Shown here: in pieces, positions 35,313 to 45,171 of the stretch
How positions within the stretch are numbered: the stretch's first letter is position 1
Layout: every line of letters begins with the position of its first letter
Assembly (NCBI GenBank): GCA_002772895.1
Contig: PFCS01000050.1
Coordinates: forward strand, 6,728 to 70,727
Reading direction: 5' to 3'
Source: Parcubacteria group bacterium CG10_big_fil_rev_8_21_14_0_10_36_14
Lineage (GTDB): Bacteria > Patescibacteriota > Patescibacteriia > GCA-002772895
Length of the DNA: 64,000 nucleotides
Notes under the pieces: model-generated
The model's database searches: none
What the model was told of the DNA's origin: nothing
What the model saw: only the letters and a program-made list of their open reading frames with translations
Made by a program: the position numbers and the translations under genes

Positions 35313-37104
35313 ATACTTTTATTAACCAGTCTTCGCCTTCCAGACTGCTATTTTTTATAAAATCATAAATGCCTTCACTTTTATAGGCACCAAAATACAA
35401 ATAATCAATCTTATATTTATTGATCAAATAATGGATATTGCGCGGATACGCCATATACAATTTCGATATGTCGCCAAGCTTTTCCGCAATAAGCTTTTCT
35501 GCTGTTTTCTCATATTCTGGATCTTTTTTGAATTGGCTACCAATTCTTGTATCACTAAAATAATCTCCAAATAAATACAGCGAATCTTTATTTATTATCC
35601 CATCAAAAACATCTTGCGAAACATTAAACAGCTTATGGACAATAATCCACCGGTCATAAAGCTCTTCGGAAGATCCAGGAAACATCATTGGGTCTCCGTA
35701 CATTACTTTGCCAGAAGTATATACGGGCACCAAAAAATTTATAAAAAGCGACGGAGAAACAACGACCGCATCTTTTTCTATATTTTTATCCATCCATTCC
35801 AGCGAATTACTAATATTTTTAGGGATAGTATGAGCCGGATAATCCATTATCCCCCTATATATATTTACATGAACTGCGCGTGCTGTTATTATAAGCGCCA
35901 ACAAAATAAAACATCCGGTCACAATCTTTCGCCTCGTCGGATATTTCGCTTCCAACCACTTATATAAAGTATAGGCAAAGGCTATCCAAGCCAAAGCAAA
36001 TCCGTAATAAAATTGATGGTAATACCAATTTGTAGCAAAAGGCGAATATCCTCCAAAAAGCTGGATATTAAGCAGGAATATTGGCGCCAATGCAAAGCCT
36101 ATTAAATATATGGCAGTCTTTTTTTCTTTTATTGTTTTCCAAATAAGCAAAGCAAAAGCAACATACAGTAGATATTCGAAAACATGCCGTCCCAAGCGGA
36201 GCGTCCTGCCAAATTCGCCCCCTAAACGCAAGAATATGTCCGTTGACCACGGAAGGGACTTAAGAGCAAAGAAATTAAAGAAAAATAGCGATGAAATCAG
36301 CATGGCCAGCATTAAAATCCAAAAAATTCTTTTTGCCACCAAATGGTCTTTAAATAATAAAAATAATATCATCATTATCCCCAAAGCAGTCCAAATGTAC
36401 ATAGCGCTTGTTGGAAAAAAATAAACGAGCAAACCACTAAATATTCCGGCTAAGGCTATATACAACTTCTTTCCTTTTGTTATGGCTAAATATGTAAAAA
36501 GAAAGGTTAGAGAAAAAGGAATAAGCCCCGGCAATACCGATACGCTGTCATATTTATTCGTAAGGATGTGGATTGGCGGGCTACCCAAAAAAGTCAGCGT
36601 TCTTACAGAAATCTTTATCTGCTCCAATGTAATGGGAAATATCAGATAAAAAATATTTGCGGCTGAAGTAAAAACAAGAGAAGAAAAAATGCTAAAATAT
36701 CGGTTGCCGGTTATATTTTTTATAATCAAATAAAAAATTAAAAAGGTAAAAAAACCCACAATAAAATATCCCACCAAATAAAGATACTGCAGGGAGCCAA
36801 ATAGAGCAACCAGAGGAAAAAGAAGCCATGCATTATAATATGTACTCCAAAGCGCAGGCGCGTGCATATACTCATATGTTGCGCCGTCAGACCCCAGCCA
36901 ATGCCCATCCAAAAGATCCCTTATTTGCGGAGCAATAAAAGTGATTGGATCAGGCGCTCCTGGCACAAAATCACTATAAGGTAAACCATATTCTTTCAAT
37001 TTGAAAAAAGCTGACGCTTTAGTTAAATCAAAAATACAACCCGCAACTATGGCGGATAATAATACTGCTACTATAAGTAATGTCTTTTTCTTTTTTTTAT
37101 CCAT
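35272..37104 (-). CDS. Large polytopic membrane protein with C-terminal extracytoplasmic domain; candidate GT-C-fold glycosyl/oligosaccharyl transferase or polymerase.
   Basis: 610 aa, more than 12 predicted TM helices, then a ~200-aa soluble C-terminal domain (YPAHTIPKNISNSLEWMDKNIEKDAVVVSP...). No diagnostic motif recognised. Overlaps the downstream gene by 41 nt. Confidence 0.45.
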   Translation of the reverse strand: MDKKKKKTLLIVAVLLSAIVAGCIFDLTKASAFFKLKEYGLPYSDFVPGAPDPITFIAPQIRDLLDGHWLGSDGATYEYMHAPALWSTYYNAWLLFPLVALFGSLQYLYLVGYFIVGFFTFLIFYLIIKNITGNRYFSIFSSLVFTSAANIFYLIFPITLEQIKISVRTLTFLGSPPIHILTNKYDSVSVLPGLIPFSLTFLFTYLAITKGKKLYIALAGIFSGLLVYFFPTSAMYIWTALGIMMILFLLFKDHLVAKRIFWILMLAMLISSLFFFNFFALKSLPWSTDIFLRLGGEFGRTLRLGRHVFEYLLYVAFALLIWKTIKEKKTAIYLIGFALAPIFLLNIQLFGGYSPFATNWYYHQFYYGFALAWIAFAYTLYKWLEAKYPTRRKIVTGCFILLALIITARAVHVNIYRGIMDYPAHTIPKNISNSLEWMDKNIEKDAVVVSPSLFINFLVPVYTSGKVMYGDPMMFPGSSEELYDRWIIVHKLFNVSQDVFDGIINKDSLYLFGDYFSDTRIGSQFKKDPEYEKTAEKLIAEKLGDISKLYMAYPRNIHYLINKYKIDYLYFGAYKSEGIYDFIKNSSLEGEDWLIKVYDSDDIKIYKVIK

Positions 37105-37110
37105 ACTGCT

Positions 37111-38520
37111 CTACTTTGTTGGGCGCAAATAATTAAAAACTCGCTTTAATATAAGCTTCAAATGCGCGGGCGATCTTAAATCCCGTAAAACGTTAAAAAC
37201 AATTCTTGGCCTTAACCAAAACCCCAAAAAAATCTTCCTATGCCATTTTTTTAAAGTTTCTCTACTAATACCCTTTGGACAAACAGTAATATTATCAAAG
37301 CGTATCTTGTCCCAATCAACGCCATCAATCCGCCCACTTTCTTTGAGCCATGTATACATTTCCGATCCTGGGAGTGGAAGATAAAAATTAAACCCAGCCC
37401 TATCCAGCATAAGCTTTCTAGAAAATTCATAAGTTTGCCTCAAATCATCCTCATTTTCCTCGGGATAACCGATTATAAAAGCACCACCAGTCCTAAATCC
37501 CATTTTTCTAATGGCTTTTATTCTTTCTTCAACCATTTCTTTTTTTATGTGCTTATTCATATGGTCCATAATCCTCTGGGAACCAGACTCAATTCCTACA
37601 TGAATTGCATAAAACCCAGCTTTTTTCATTAATTTCAAAAGCTCGTCATCCAGCGTGTCCAAGCGAAGACCATTTGCACCAAAAAGCGAAATATTAAAAT
37701 TATTAGCCACTATTTTCTCAAGTACCTCTACTGCACGCGCCCTATGGGCTGTAAAATTATCATCCATAATATGAAATTCCTTGATACCATATTTTTCTAT
37801 CGCCCATTTCATTTCCTCTATAATATTATCCGCGCTTCTCATCCTCATATTTCTACCAACCACCGACTTTGAGGCGCAAAAAGTACAATTATAAGGGCAT
37901 CCTCGCGAAGTTACCAAATAGCCGATAGGGAGCTGTTTAAAGAAACTTCCGGCTGGTGCCTCGGGATATTCACCGGGTGGCATAAAGTCCCACGCCGGAA
38001 ACGGAAGACTATCTAGGTCTTCTTCAAAATAAACGGGATTAAAAAAAACTTCCCCTTCGCTTCTATAAACAAGTCCGGGAATATGGCTTAGGGGTATGTC
38101 TTTATTTTGAAATAATTTTTCAAGGAGCATCTTTAGACCTTTTTCTCCTTCACCCTTAAAAGCAAAGTCAATTTTATCAAAGTAGCCCATCAATTCTTTT
38201 GAATCTATAGCTGAAGCATGCGGACCACCAATTACCACAAGGACTTCTGGATTAGCTTCTTTTGCTACATTAATTTGCTCTTTTACTATTTTTATATTGT
38301 TTGAATACACCGTAACCCCTATGACATCCGGCTTTTTTTCCAAAACATATTCTTTAAATTTTTCTGGCGATACTTGTTTTAGGGTACAATCAAGAATTTC
38401 AATATTACTCCATCCATCTTTTCTTAAATATGAAGCAAGATAGCCCAAAGAAAGAGGCGGAGTTATTGCATAACCAAGAGTGCTAAAGGGTTTAACAAAT
38501 AAAATTTTCTGCTCTTTCAT
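37111..38520 (-). CDS. B12-binding-domain radical SAM enzyme (class B rSAM), paralog 2.
   Basis: N-terminal B12-binding-like region (ILFVKPFSTLGYAITPPLSLGYLASYLRKDG) and cluster motif TSRGCPYNCTFCAS. 469 aa. Confidence 0.8.
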   Translation of the reverse strand: MKEQKILFVKPFSTLGYAITPPLSLGYLASYLRKDGWSNIEILDCTLKQVSPEKFKEYVLEKKPDVIGVTVYSNNIKIVKEQINVAKEANPEVLVVIGGPHASAIDSKELMGYFDKIDFAFKGEGEKGLKMLLEKLFQNKDIPLSHIPGLVYRSEGEVFFNPVYFEEDLDSLPFPAWDFMPPGEYPEAPAGSFFKQLPIGYLVTSRGCPYNCTFCASKSVVGRNMRMRSADNIIEEMKWAIEKYGIKEFHIMDDNFTAHRARAVEVLEKIVANNFNISLFGANGLRLDTLDDELLKLMKKAGFYAIHVGIESGSQRIMDHMNKHIKKEMVEERIKAIRKMGFRTGGAFIIGYPEENEDDLRQTYEFSRKLMLDRAGFNFYLPLPGSEMYTWLKESGRIDGVDWDKIRFDNITVCPKGISRETLKKWHRKIFLGFWLRPRIVFNVLRDLRSPAHLKLILKRVFNYLRPTK

Positions 38521-38529
38521 AAAAAATCA

Positions 38530-39258
38530 TTACTTTTTAAATTTATTTATTACCATTCCGTACTCTTTTAGAGTTTTAATTAAATTCATCTTACTCTTCC
38601 CTTTTTTTAATCCGTAATTATAAACAAGAGGGCATTCATCAATTTTCTTAACAAATTTTCTTAATTTTAATAAAATCTCTAAATTGGCCGCAAAAGAATT
38701 TGTAGTAATAAAATTATTCCCATAAAATGCCAATGCTTTTTTTAGAATTTCTGCCCGATACGCGCGATAAAAAATAGAATAGTCCGTCACATTTGGCAAG
38801 TGGACCAATAACTTGACAATACTATTTACTACATTGCTACCAATGGTGCGGTACAACGGAAAGTTTTTATAACTTCCGCCCGCTATGTAGCGGGAACCTA
38901 TAACTATATCGCTTCCTAAATTTATTTTTTCTATCATCTCAGGCATTAAGGAAAGCTTACTCGTATTATCCGCTTCCATAATCAAAACGATATCGTCGTC
39001 CTCCGCATTAACACAAGCCGCCGTAATACCATCAAAAAAAGTCCTTGGTACGCCCAAATTTTTAGCGTGAACAAGAATTTCTAAATCCATCTGATTTTTA
39101 AAATTCATTGCTAGTTCTTTTGTTTTATCCGTGCTTCCATCGTCAACTAAAATTACTTTTTTATCAAAAATTAATTTTATATTCTTAATGCTAGACAATA
39201 AATCAACGACATTCTCGTCCTCATTATAGGCAGGGATAATTATAAATATTTTTTTCAT
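38530..39258 (-). CDS. Polyprenol-phosphate sugar synthase, GT2 (DPM1/GtrB-like).
   Basis: KIFIIIPAYNEDENVVDLLSSI...VILVDDGSTDKTKELA...VLIMEADNT are DPM1 hallmarks. 242 aa. It lies immediately downstream of the B12-rSAM gene (9-nt gap). Confidence 0.8.
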   Translation of the reverse strand: MKKIFIIIPAYNEDENVVDLLSSIKNIKLIFDKKVILVDDGSTDKTKELAMNFKNQMDLEILVHAKNLGVPRTFFDGITAACVNAEDDDIVLIMEADNTSKLSLMPEMIEKINLGSDIVIGSRYIAGGSYKNFPLYRTIGSNVVNSIVKLLVHLPNVTDYSIFYRAYRAEILKKALAFYGNNFITTNSFAANLEILLKLRKFVKKIDECPLVYNYGLKKGKSKMNLIKTLKEYGMVINKFKK

Positions 39259-39328
39259 ACTAAATAATCAAAATTAAATTTTTCACTCGCACCTTGACAA
39301 TATGGCAACAAAATGTCTAATTCGGTTG

Positions 39329-40351
39329 CTATTTTTTAAAAAAATGTATATTATCTTTAATCCACTTATATAAAATATCAATTCCATCCTCATAATTAGT
39401 TATCGGTTCCCATCCCAAATTCAATTTAAGTTTAGAATTGTCACTTATAAAAATCTTCTGATCACCAATACGCATTTCTCCATGACCAAAATTCAGTTTT
39501 GTCCCCATTTTTTCTTCCAGTAGTCTAACAAAGCTAACTAAAGATAACGAATTTTCCACTCCTCCGCCAATGTTATAAATTTGTCCTGCAGTTATATTAA
39601 TATTTTTGATCGCCATATCATATGCCCTGATTAGATCATCAACAAATAATATATCTCGTACCTGAAAACCATCGCCATATATCATCATTGGTTGATCGGT
39701 CATAGCCACAATAATAAACCAAGCGACCCAGCCTTGATCTTCTTTGCCAAATTGACGATAACCATAAATACAGGACTGCCTAAAAACAACTGTCCGTAAA
39801 TTAAATATTCTGGAATAATCTCTAAAATATTGATCTGCCGAGCCCTTTGAACATCCATAAGGCGAATGAAAATCTAAAGGATACTCCTCTTTTATACCCC
39901 TTGGATAATCAGTGAGTTTGTAAGCATCACCGCTTAACTCAATCTTTTCATTTTCCATTCCACCATAAACCTTATTTGTTGAAGAATATATAATAACTGG
40001 ATTCTGAGCTGAAATCCTTACTGCTTCAAGAAGATTAAAGGCGCCTAGTGCATTACTTTCAAAATCTTCTCGCGGATTCAAAACTGATGAAGTAACTGCT
40101 ACTTGAGCGGCTAAATGTAGAACTACATCAAACCGATAATCAGAAAAAAGATGACTTAGTTCTTCAAAATTTCGAACATCGCCTTTAATAAATTTAAATT
40201 GCCCAAAAGTTTTTAACCATTCAAGATTTTTTTCAACCCCTACTCGACAAAGGTTATCAAAAATGACGACGTCGTGTCCGTCAAGTATAAATTTTTTAGC
40301 AGCATTTGAACCAATAAATCCCGCTCCGCCGGTAATTAATATTTTACTCAT
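39329..40351 (-). CDS. NAD-dependent SDR epimerase, CDP-paratose/tyvelose 2-epimerase-like.
   Basis: MSKILITGGAGFIGSNAAKKFILDGHDVVIFDNLCRVGVEKNLEWL closely parallels the RfbE/CDP-tyvelose-2-epimerase N-terminus (…FDNLSRKGAxxNLxWL). 340 aa. Confidence 0.7.
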   Translation of the reverse strand: MSKILITGGAGFIGSNAAKKFILDGHDVVIFDNLCRVGVEKNLEWLKTFGQFKFIKGDVRNFEELSHLFSDYRFDVVLHLAAQVAVTSSVLNPREDFESNALGAFNLLEAVRISAQNPVIIYSSTNKVYGGMENEKIELSGDAYKLTDYPRGIKEEYPLDFHSPYGCSKGSADQYFRDYSRIFNLRTVVFRQSCIYGYRQFGKEDQGWVAWFIIVAMTDQPMMIYGDGFQVRDILFVDDLIRAYDMAIKNINITAGQIYNIGGGVENSLSLVSFVRLLEEKMGTKLNFGHGEMRIGDQKIFISDNSKLKLNLGWEPITNYEDGIDILYKWIKDNIHFFKK

Positions 40352-41154
40352 AACTTTTTTGCTGTAATCGTATAATTAGTGCCATTGTTAAGTCCAGCTT
40401 CGTGCTGCTTTGTCCTTTTAATTATTGCCTTTAGCATGCTTTTGTTTGAAGAGCTAAACGGAACATATCCGATTGTTTTTATAAAAAATTGTTGAAGGGC
40501 TGAAAGTGGCATTAAAACGTCATACCACTTCATATGCTTTGGCGAATGAGTATATTTTATTTCCACCACTTCAAAACCGGCTGATTTTAAAAGCTCTTCC
40601 CATCTTTCTTTTGTAAACAGGTTATAATGCTTAAAAATCTTATTTACAGAATTCATATAAGCCTTAGCCAAAAAACCAAGCCCTAGCTTGTTAAAAATTT
40701 TTGGATAAAATAAATCCGTCATATAAAAATTAGAGTGTGTGGTAAAAAAGAACACGCCTCTCGGAGCCAACACCCTGTACGCCTCTCTTACTGTTTCTTC
40801 CACCGCGGGAATATGTTCTATGACGCAATTTGATATCGCCATACTAAAACGGTTGTCTGGAAAAAGCATTTTATGCGAAGGGACACATTTTACTTCCTTA
40901 TATATACCGGATTTCTCCGCTCCTCGGCATGCACTCTCAGATATGTCCAGTCCATAAATTTCCCTGAGCACACCTTTGTCTTCCTGTTCTTTGCCCTCTA
41001 AAATCATTTTCAAAAAACTGCCATCGCCACAGCCTAAATCAAGCATCGGATAAGAAAAATCCTTACCAACCATTTCAGTATATTCCCACACCCTGCAAAG
41101 CGCATGGGAAATAGAATATTTTTTCGATGCTTTATTATAAAAATTATCAAGCAT
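40348..41154 (-). CDS. Class I SAM-dependent methyltransferase.
   Basis: LDLGCGDGSFLKMI (motif I), ...GLDISESA... and ...SNCVIEHIP...LAPRGVFFFTT. Overlaps the SDR gene by 4 nt. Confidence 0.75.
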   Translation of the reverse strand: MLDNFYNKASKKYSISHALCRVWEYTEMVGKDFSYPMLDLGCGDGSFLKMILEGKEQEDKGVLREIYGLDISESACRGAEKSGIYKEVKCVPSHKMLFPDNRFSMAISNCVIEHIPAVEETVREAYRVLAPRGVFFFTTHSNFYMTDLFYPKIFNKLGLGFLAKAYMNSVNKIFKHYNLFTKERWEELLKSAGFEVVEIKYTHSPKHMKWYDVLMPLSALQQFFIKTIGYVPFSSSNKSMLKAIIKRTKQHEAGLNNGTNYTITAKKL

Positions 41155-41180
41155 ATCTACGCATAAATACTATATTATAG

Positions 41181-41209
41181 TATCAATATTAATTATAATA
41201 TCAATATTA
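41181..41209. promoter_or_regulatory. Direct 11-mer repeat (tatcaatatta x2, 18-bp spacing) in the 114-nt intergenic region upstream of the minus-strand methyltransferase gene; candidate regulator-binding site.
   Basis: tatcaatatta occurs at 41181-41191 and 41199-41209, within one of the few intergenic gaps over 100 nt in the long minus-strand run. Confidence 0.2.
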
Positions 41210-41268
41210 CCCGATTTATCAAAAAATGTAAAGAATTGCTAAGATATTTTAGCCAAATTTAGCAAAAA

Positions 41269-42219
41269 TTATATTTTTTTAAGCAATCTGTTTATCGCCC
41301 TAGAAAGCTTTAGCCTCAATCTAGCCGGCAACCAGAAAAAAAGCCTATCCCGCAACCTCCTAAAAAGGGAAAATTTATTTTCAATTTCTTTCACATATTC
41401 TACCACTTTACGATAATCGTCTTTTTTAAATACAATGCCTTTTTCGGCAGGGCTAGAAGATATTATCATTTCCATTCCGCCAGGAAAAGCCGCACGATTG
41501 CTGAATTTTATAATTTTAAATCCAGACTTTTCTAAAACCTTACCGATAGTATATAAAGAATAGCTGAAAGGGTGACCTATTTGAAAAAATACATCAGGCC
41601 GCTTTTTGACGTTCAGTATATTAGGCACGCCAATATAAACTTTTCCGGAATCTTTTAATATGCTTTTGATGAATTCCAGCTTTTCTAAAGGATCGGGGAA
41701 ATGCTCAAAGGTATGGTGCATGGCAATAAAATCAAACTTGTTTTTGTTTTCCGGTTGGCTGGCAAAATCATCAAAATTGATATTCAAGAGGTTTAAATTA
41801 TAATATTTTTTTCCGGCTTCAACATCAAGTTGCGAAAGCTCTATACCCCAAATATTACAATGTTTCTTCTCTTGTATTATATGGAGAAGCGTCCCAAACC
41901 CACATCCGATGTCCAAAACATTATCTCCCTCTTTTAGATACTCTTCCAAAAAATCATATACTTTTCCCTTTAAGCGCAAATTGCTTTCTTGTTTTTCCGC
42001 AAACTGCGATACATCTTTCAAGCCATGGCTATCGCGTAGAAATTCTTCTTTATGGAATTCTAAATATTCCTCCTCCGAGGGGCGTGGATTTATATAGACA
42101 AGCGAACAATTCTTGCAGATAACATTAATTAAACCTTTACTTAGATTTCCCTTCGTATAAATCGTCTCAGTATTATCTTCTCCGCAAAGCGGACATTTTA
42201 TATAAATATTTTGCTGCAT
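41269..42219 (-). CDS. Zinc-ribbon-containing class I SAM methyltransferase (paralog 2 of 28737-29636).
   Basis: CPLCGEDNTETIY...VICKNCSLVYINPRP, LDIGCGFGTLLHIIQEKKHC, ...HHTFEHFPDPLEKL...GKVYIGVPNI. Confidence 0.7.
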   Translation of the reverse strand: MQQNIYIKCPLCGEDNTETIYTKGNLSKGLINVICKNCSLVYINPRPSEEEYLEFHKEEFLRDSHGLKDVSQFAEKQESNLRLKGKVYDFLEEYLKEGDNVLDIGCGFGTLLHIIQEKKHCNIWGIELSQLDVEAGKKYYNLNLLNINFDDFASQPENKNKFDFIAMHHTFEHFPDPLEKLEFIKSILKDSGKVYIGVPNILNVKKRPDVFFQIGHPFSYSLYTIGKVLEKSGFKIIKFSNRAAFPGGMEMIISSSPAEKGIVFKKDDYRKVVEYVKEIENKFSLFRRLRDRLFFWLPARLRLKLSRAINRLLKKI

Positions 42220-42224
42220 ATTTT

Positions 42225-44066
42225 TTATAGATAATTTCTAGCCCAGACTTGAAATGTCATAAGCGACCATATAGTATTCAATCCATACTCTTTTTTATCA
42301 ATATGATTATTTAGTATATCATTTATTACCTCCCAATTAAATAACTCTGCAGTTTTTGAAGAATAACCGGGAGAAAGAATCTCACAGACCATCGGTTTCA
42401 AATCAGTACGCAACCACTTTGCCGCAGGCGAGAAAAATCCTCGCTTCCTCTCTTCTAAAACAAACTCCGGCAGAATATCCGCAAAGGCATTTTTTAAACA
42501 TTTTTTTCCTTGATATCTACTATTTAATTTATATTTTGACGGTATCCTAAAAGCTAGCTCCACAAGTTCTTTATCTAAAAAAGGCACTCTTTCTTCAAGT
42601 CCGTGAGCCATTGTCAGTTTATCACTACGAATAAGTGACTCATCCGGAAGCCAAGTTTTTAAATCAGTCAATATCATTTGATTAACGTTATCTTTTACAC
42701 TTTTTTCAAAATACCTGGTATAAGCATTCCTTACAGAATAAGCATTATTGAAATCATTATTTAAAAATCTTGATATAACATCTTCTTTCTGCGCCATAAA
42801 AAGCCAAAAACGGTCCAATCCGTGTTCACTAGATAACTTTTTTGCCAACTCTTCTTTACCAAAAATTCCTCCGATAGATTGAACAATTTTTTTATTCATT
42901 AACAACGGGAAAAACATTCGCGCTCTTTCTATAAAATAGTTATAATAATACCTATCATAACCCCCAAAAGTTTCATCTCCCCCGTCTCCCCCTAAAACAA
43001 CTGCGACCTGATTTTTTGCTTCTTTCGCAAGAATATAAGTTGCTACTTGGATATGATTGGAGACCGGTTCATCCATAGCAATAATACAATTTTCAAAATT
43101 ATCCTTAACGTCTTTTGCCGTAATAGTAATTGGAGTATGCGCTGTATTAAAATACTCGGCAGTTTTTTTCGCTAAGTTAAAATCCGCATTAAATTTTTCT
43201 TTTTCAATCTCTGTTTCAAATCCAACTGAAAATGTTTTTATCGGTCCCTTTGCGCTCTTTGTCATTGCCGCGCAAATAATACTTGAATCAAGCCCGCCTG
43301 AAAGAAAAAGTCCAACCGGCCTATCAGAAATAAGCTGACGTTCTACTGCACGTTCCACTTGTTCTCTAATCAATATCCGTAGATCAGCCTCACTCTCTTT
43401 TAGATATGTCCCCTCTTCTAAATCGTAATAACTTTCTATTTTTAAATTATTATCCTTTACAATTGCGAAATGTCCGGGCTGTAATTTCATAATTCCTTGC
43501 CACATCGTTTCTGGACCTAAGCAATATAAAAAACGCAAGTATTTGTTCAATGCATCAATATTTAAATCTTTCCTTACATTTTCATATTCCAAAATTGCTT
43601 TTACTTCTGATGAAAAAATAAATTTTCTATTGTTATGCCAGTAATATAGTGGCTTTACGCCAGATTGATCACGCGCCAAAAAAAGCTCTTTCTTTTGCTT
43701 ATCCCAAATAGCAAAAGAAAAAATTCCATTAAATTTTTTCAGCGCATCTTCCCCCCATTTTATAAAACTGTATAGAACAACCTCCGTATCGGAATCAGAT
43801 TTAAAATTAAATTCTAATAATTCTTTTTTTATTTCTTTAAAATTATATAACTCGCCGTTATAGGTAATAACAAATCTTCCATCAGCGCTCTTCATTGGCT
43901 GACTGGCCTTATCACTCAAATCAATAATAGCTAACCGCCTATGTCCTAAAGAAATATTTTCATCCAAAAAAATACCCCCGCCGTCAGGTCCGCGGTGAGT
44001 AATTTTTGTATTCATCTTTTTTATCAAGTCTTCGTCGCGCCAATTAAAACCGTTTATTCCACACAT
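42225..44066 (-). CDS. asnB: Asparagine synthetase B-type glutamine amidotransferase (AsnB/WbpS-like); putative glycan carboxyl amidation.
   Basis: Class II amidotransferase N-terminus MCGINGF (Cys2 nucleophile; start trimmed to this Met), ...HRGPDGGGIF...GHRRLAIIDL... and the PP-loop SGGLDSS. Confidence 0.85.
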   Translation of the reverse strand: MCGINGFNWRDEDLIKKMNTKITHRGPDGGGIFLDENISLGHRRLAIIDLSDKASQPMKSADGRFVITYNGELYNFKEIKKELLEFNFKSDSDTEVVLYSFIKWGEDALKKFNGIFSFAIWDKQKKELFLARDQSGVKPLYYWHNNRKFIFSSEVKAILEYENVRKDLNIDALNKYLRFLYCLGPETMWQGIMKLQPGHFAIVKDNNLKIESYYDLEEGTYLKESEADLRILIREQVERAVERQLISDRPVGLFLSGGLDSSIICAAMTKSAKGPIKTFSVGFETEIEKEKFNADFNLAKKTAEYFNTAHTPITITAKDVKDNFENCIIAMDEPVSNHIQVATYILAKEAKNQVAVVLGGDGGDETFGGYDRYYYNYFIERARMFFPLLMNKKIVQSIGGIFGKEELAKKLSSEHGLDRFWLFMAQKEDVISRFLNNDFNNAYSVRNAYTRYFEKSVKDNVNQMILTDLKTWLPDESLIRSDKLTMAHGLEERVPFLDKELVELAFRIPSKYKLNSRYQGKKCLKNAFADILPEFVLEERKRGFFSPAAKWLRTDLKPMVCEILSPGYSSKTAELFNWEVINDILNNHIDKKEYGLNTIWSLMTFQVWARNYL

Positions 44067-44184
44067 TTTATTTTTTTGCAATTAAATATAAAATATCTCT
44101 CCTTGCCGAAAAAATTTCCGACTTTATTAAGATTCAATTTTTTAAAAACTACCTTTATATTATTTTAAACACAAATAGAATAGT

Positions 44185-45120
44185 TTACTTCTTCTGTAAT
44201 ATTCTTTGTGAAATAAATTTTAAAATTTTTTTAGTGTATGCGGGAATTACATAAAAAGAATCAGAAATTATCCTTTTTCTAATATATTTTTTAATTTCTT
44301 TATAAGAATTCTCGTTTTCTAAATTTAATTCTAAAATATTACTTTCTATTCTAGTAGCAATTACTTGAATACGAGAGGGTTTTTTAACATTCCTACTAAT
44401 TATTTTAAACCCACCATTTTTTAAAACCCTACTTAATGTAGCTGGCGAATAATTGTAATAATGCCAAAAATCGAAAAAATGCCTTACTCGCCGCTCAAAA
44501 TTTAGAATATTCGGAACTTCTATATATAAAAATCCATTCAGATTTAAAAAAGTACTAATCTTTTTTAATATTTGGACTGGCTCAGAAAAATGTTCAAAAA
44601 CATGATGCATTAAGATAATATCAAATTTTTCCGCGCCTCTTTCTTTATCATAAAATTCCTCAAAAGTGCCATGATAAATATCAAGACCATACTTGGCTAT
44701 CGCGTAACAGGCTGAAGTAGCCGGCTCTATCCCCTTAGTTTTGCAACCATAGCTATTTTTAATGTCTTTCAAAAATAAACCAAAACCGGAACCGATTTCC
44801 AATACATTATATTCTGGTTTTAAAAATTTTGATAAAAAAGTCAAATTAATATTTTCACCCTTATTCTTTTCCAATACGTGTTGCATATATTCTTCTATCT
44901 TTTCTTCAGTATCTAACGCGAAACAACTGGCAACATAATTTTCTTTAGAAAAACCCATTACATCATTCGGCGCCTTTCTCGGATTTATATAAACTAAGCC
45001 ACACTCTTTGCAAATAACATTATTAAACTTCACAAGCTTTTCCCCTCTTTTAAAAATACCCTTATTGTAAATAAGCTCCGAACTACTATCGTTACAAATC
45101 GCACAAGTTATTTTTTTCAT
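44185..45120 (-). CDS. Zinc-ribbon-containing class I SAM methyltransferase (paralog 3).
   Basis: CAICNDSSSELIY...VICKECGLVYINPRK, LEIGSGFGLFLKDI, ...HHVFEHFSEPVQIL...GFLYIEVPNI. Confidence 0.7.
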   Translation of the reverse strand: MKKITCAICNDSSSELIYNKGIFKRGEKLVKFNNVICKECGLVYINPRKAPNDVMGFSKENYVASCFALDTEEKIEEYMQHVLEKNKGENINLTFLSKFLKPEYNVLEIGSGFGLFLKDIKNSYGCKTKGIEPATSACYAIAKYGLDIYHGTFEEFYDKERGAEKFDIILMHHVFEHFSEPVQILKKISTFLNLNGFLYIEVPNILNFERRVRHFFDFWHYYNYSPATLSRVLKNGGFKIISRNVKKPSRIQVIATRIESNILELNLENENSYKEIKKYIRKRIISDSFYVIPAYTKKILKFISQRILQKK

Positions 45121-45171
45121 AATTTATGATTTTACAAAAATTCTCTTGAAACTCCACCTATTCCACGCGCC

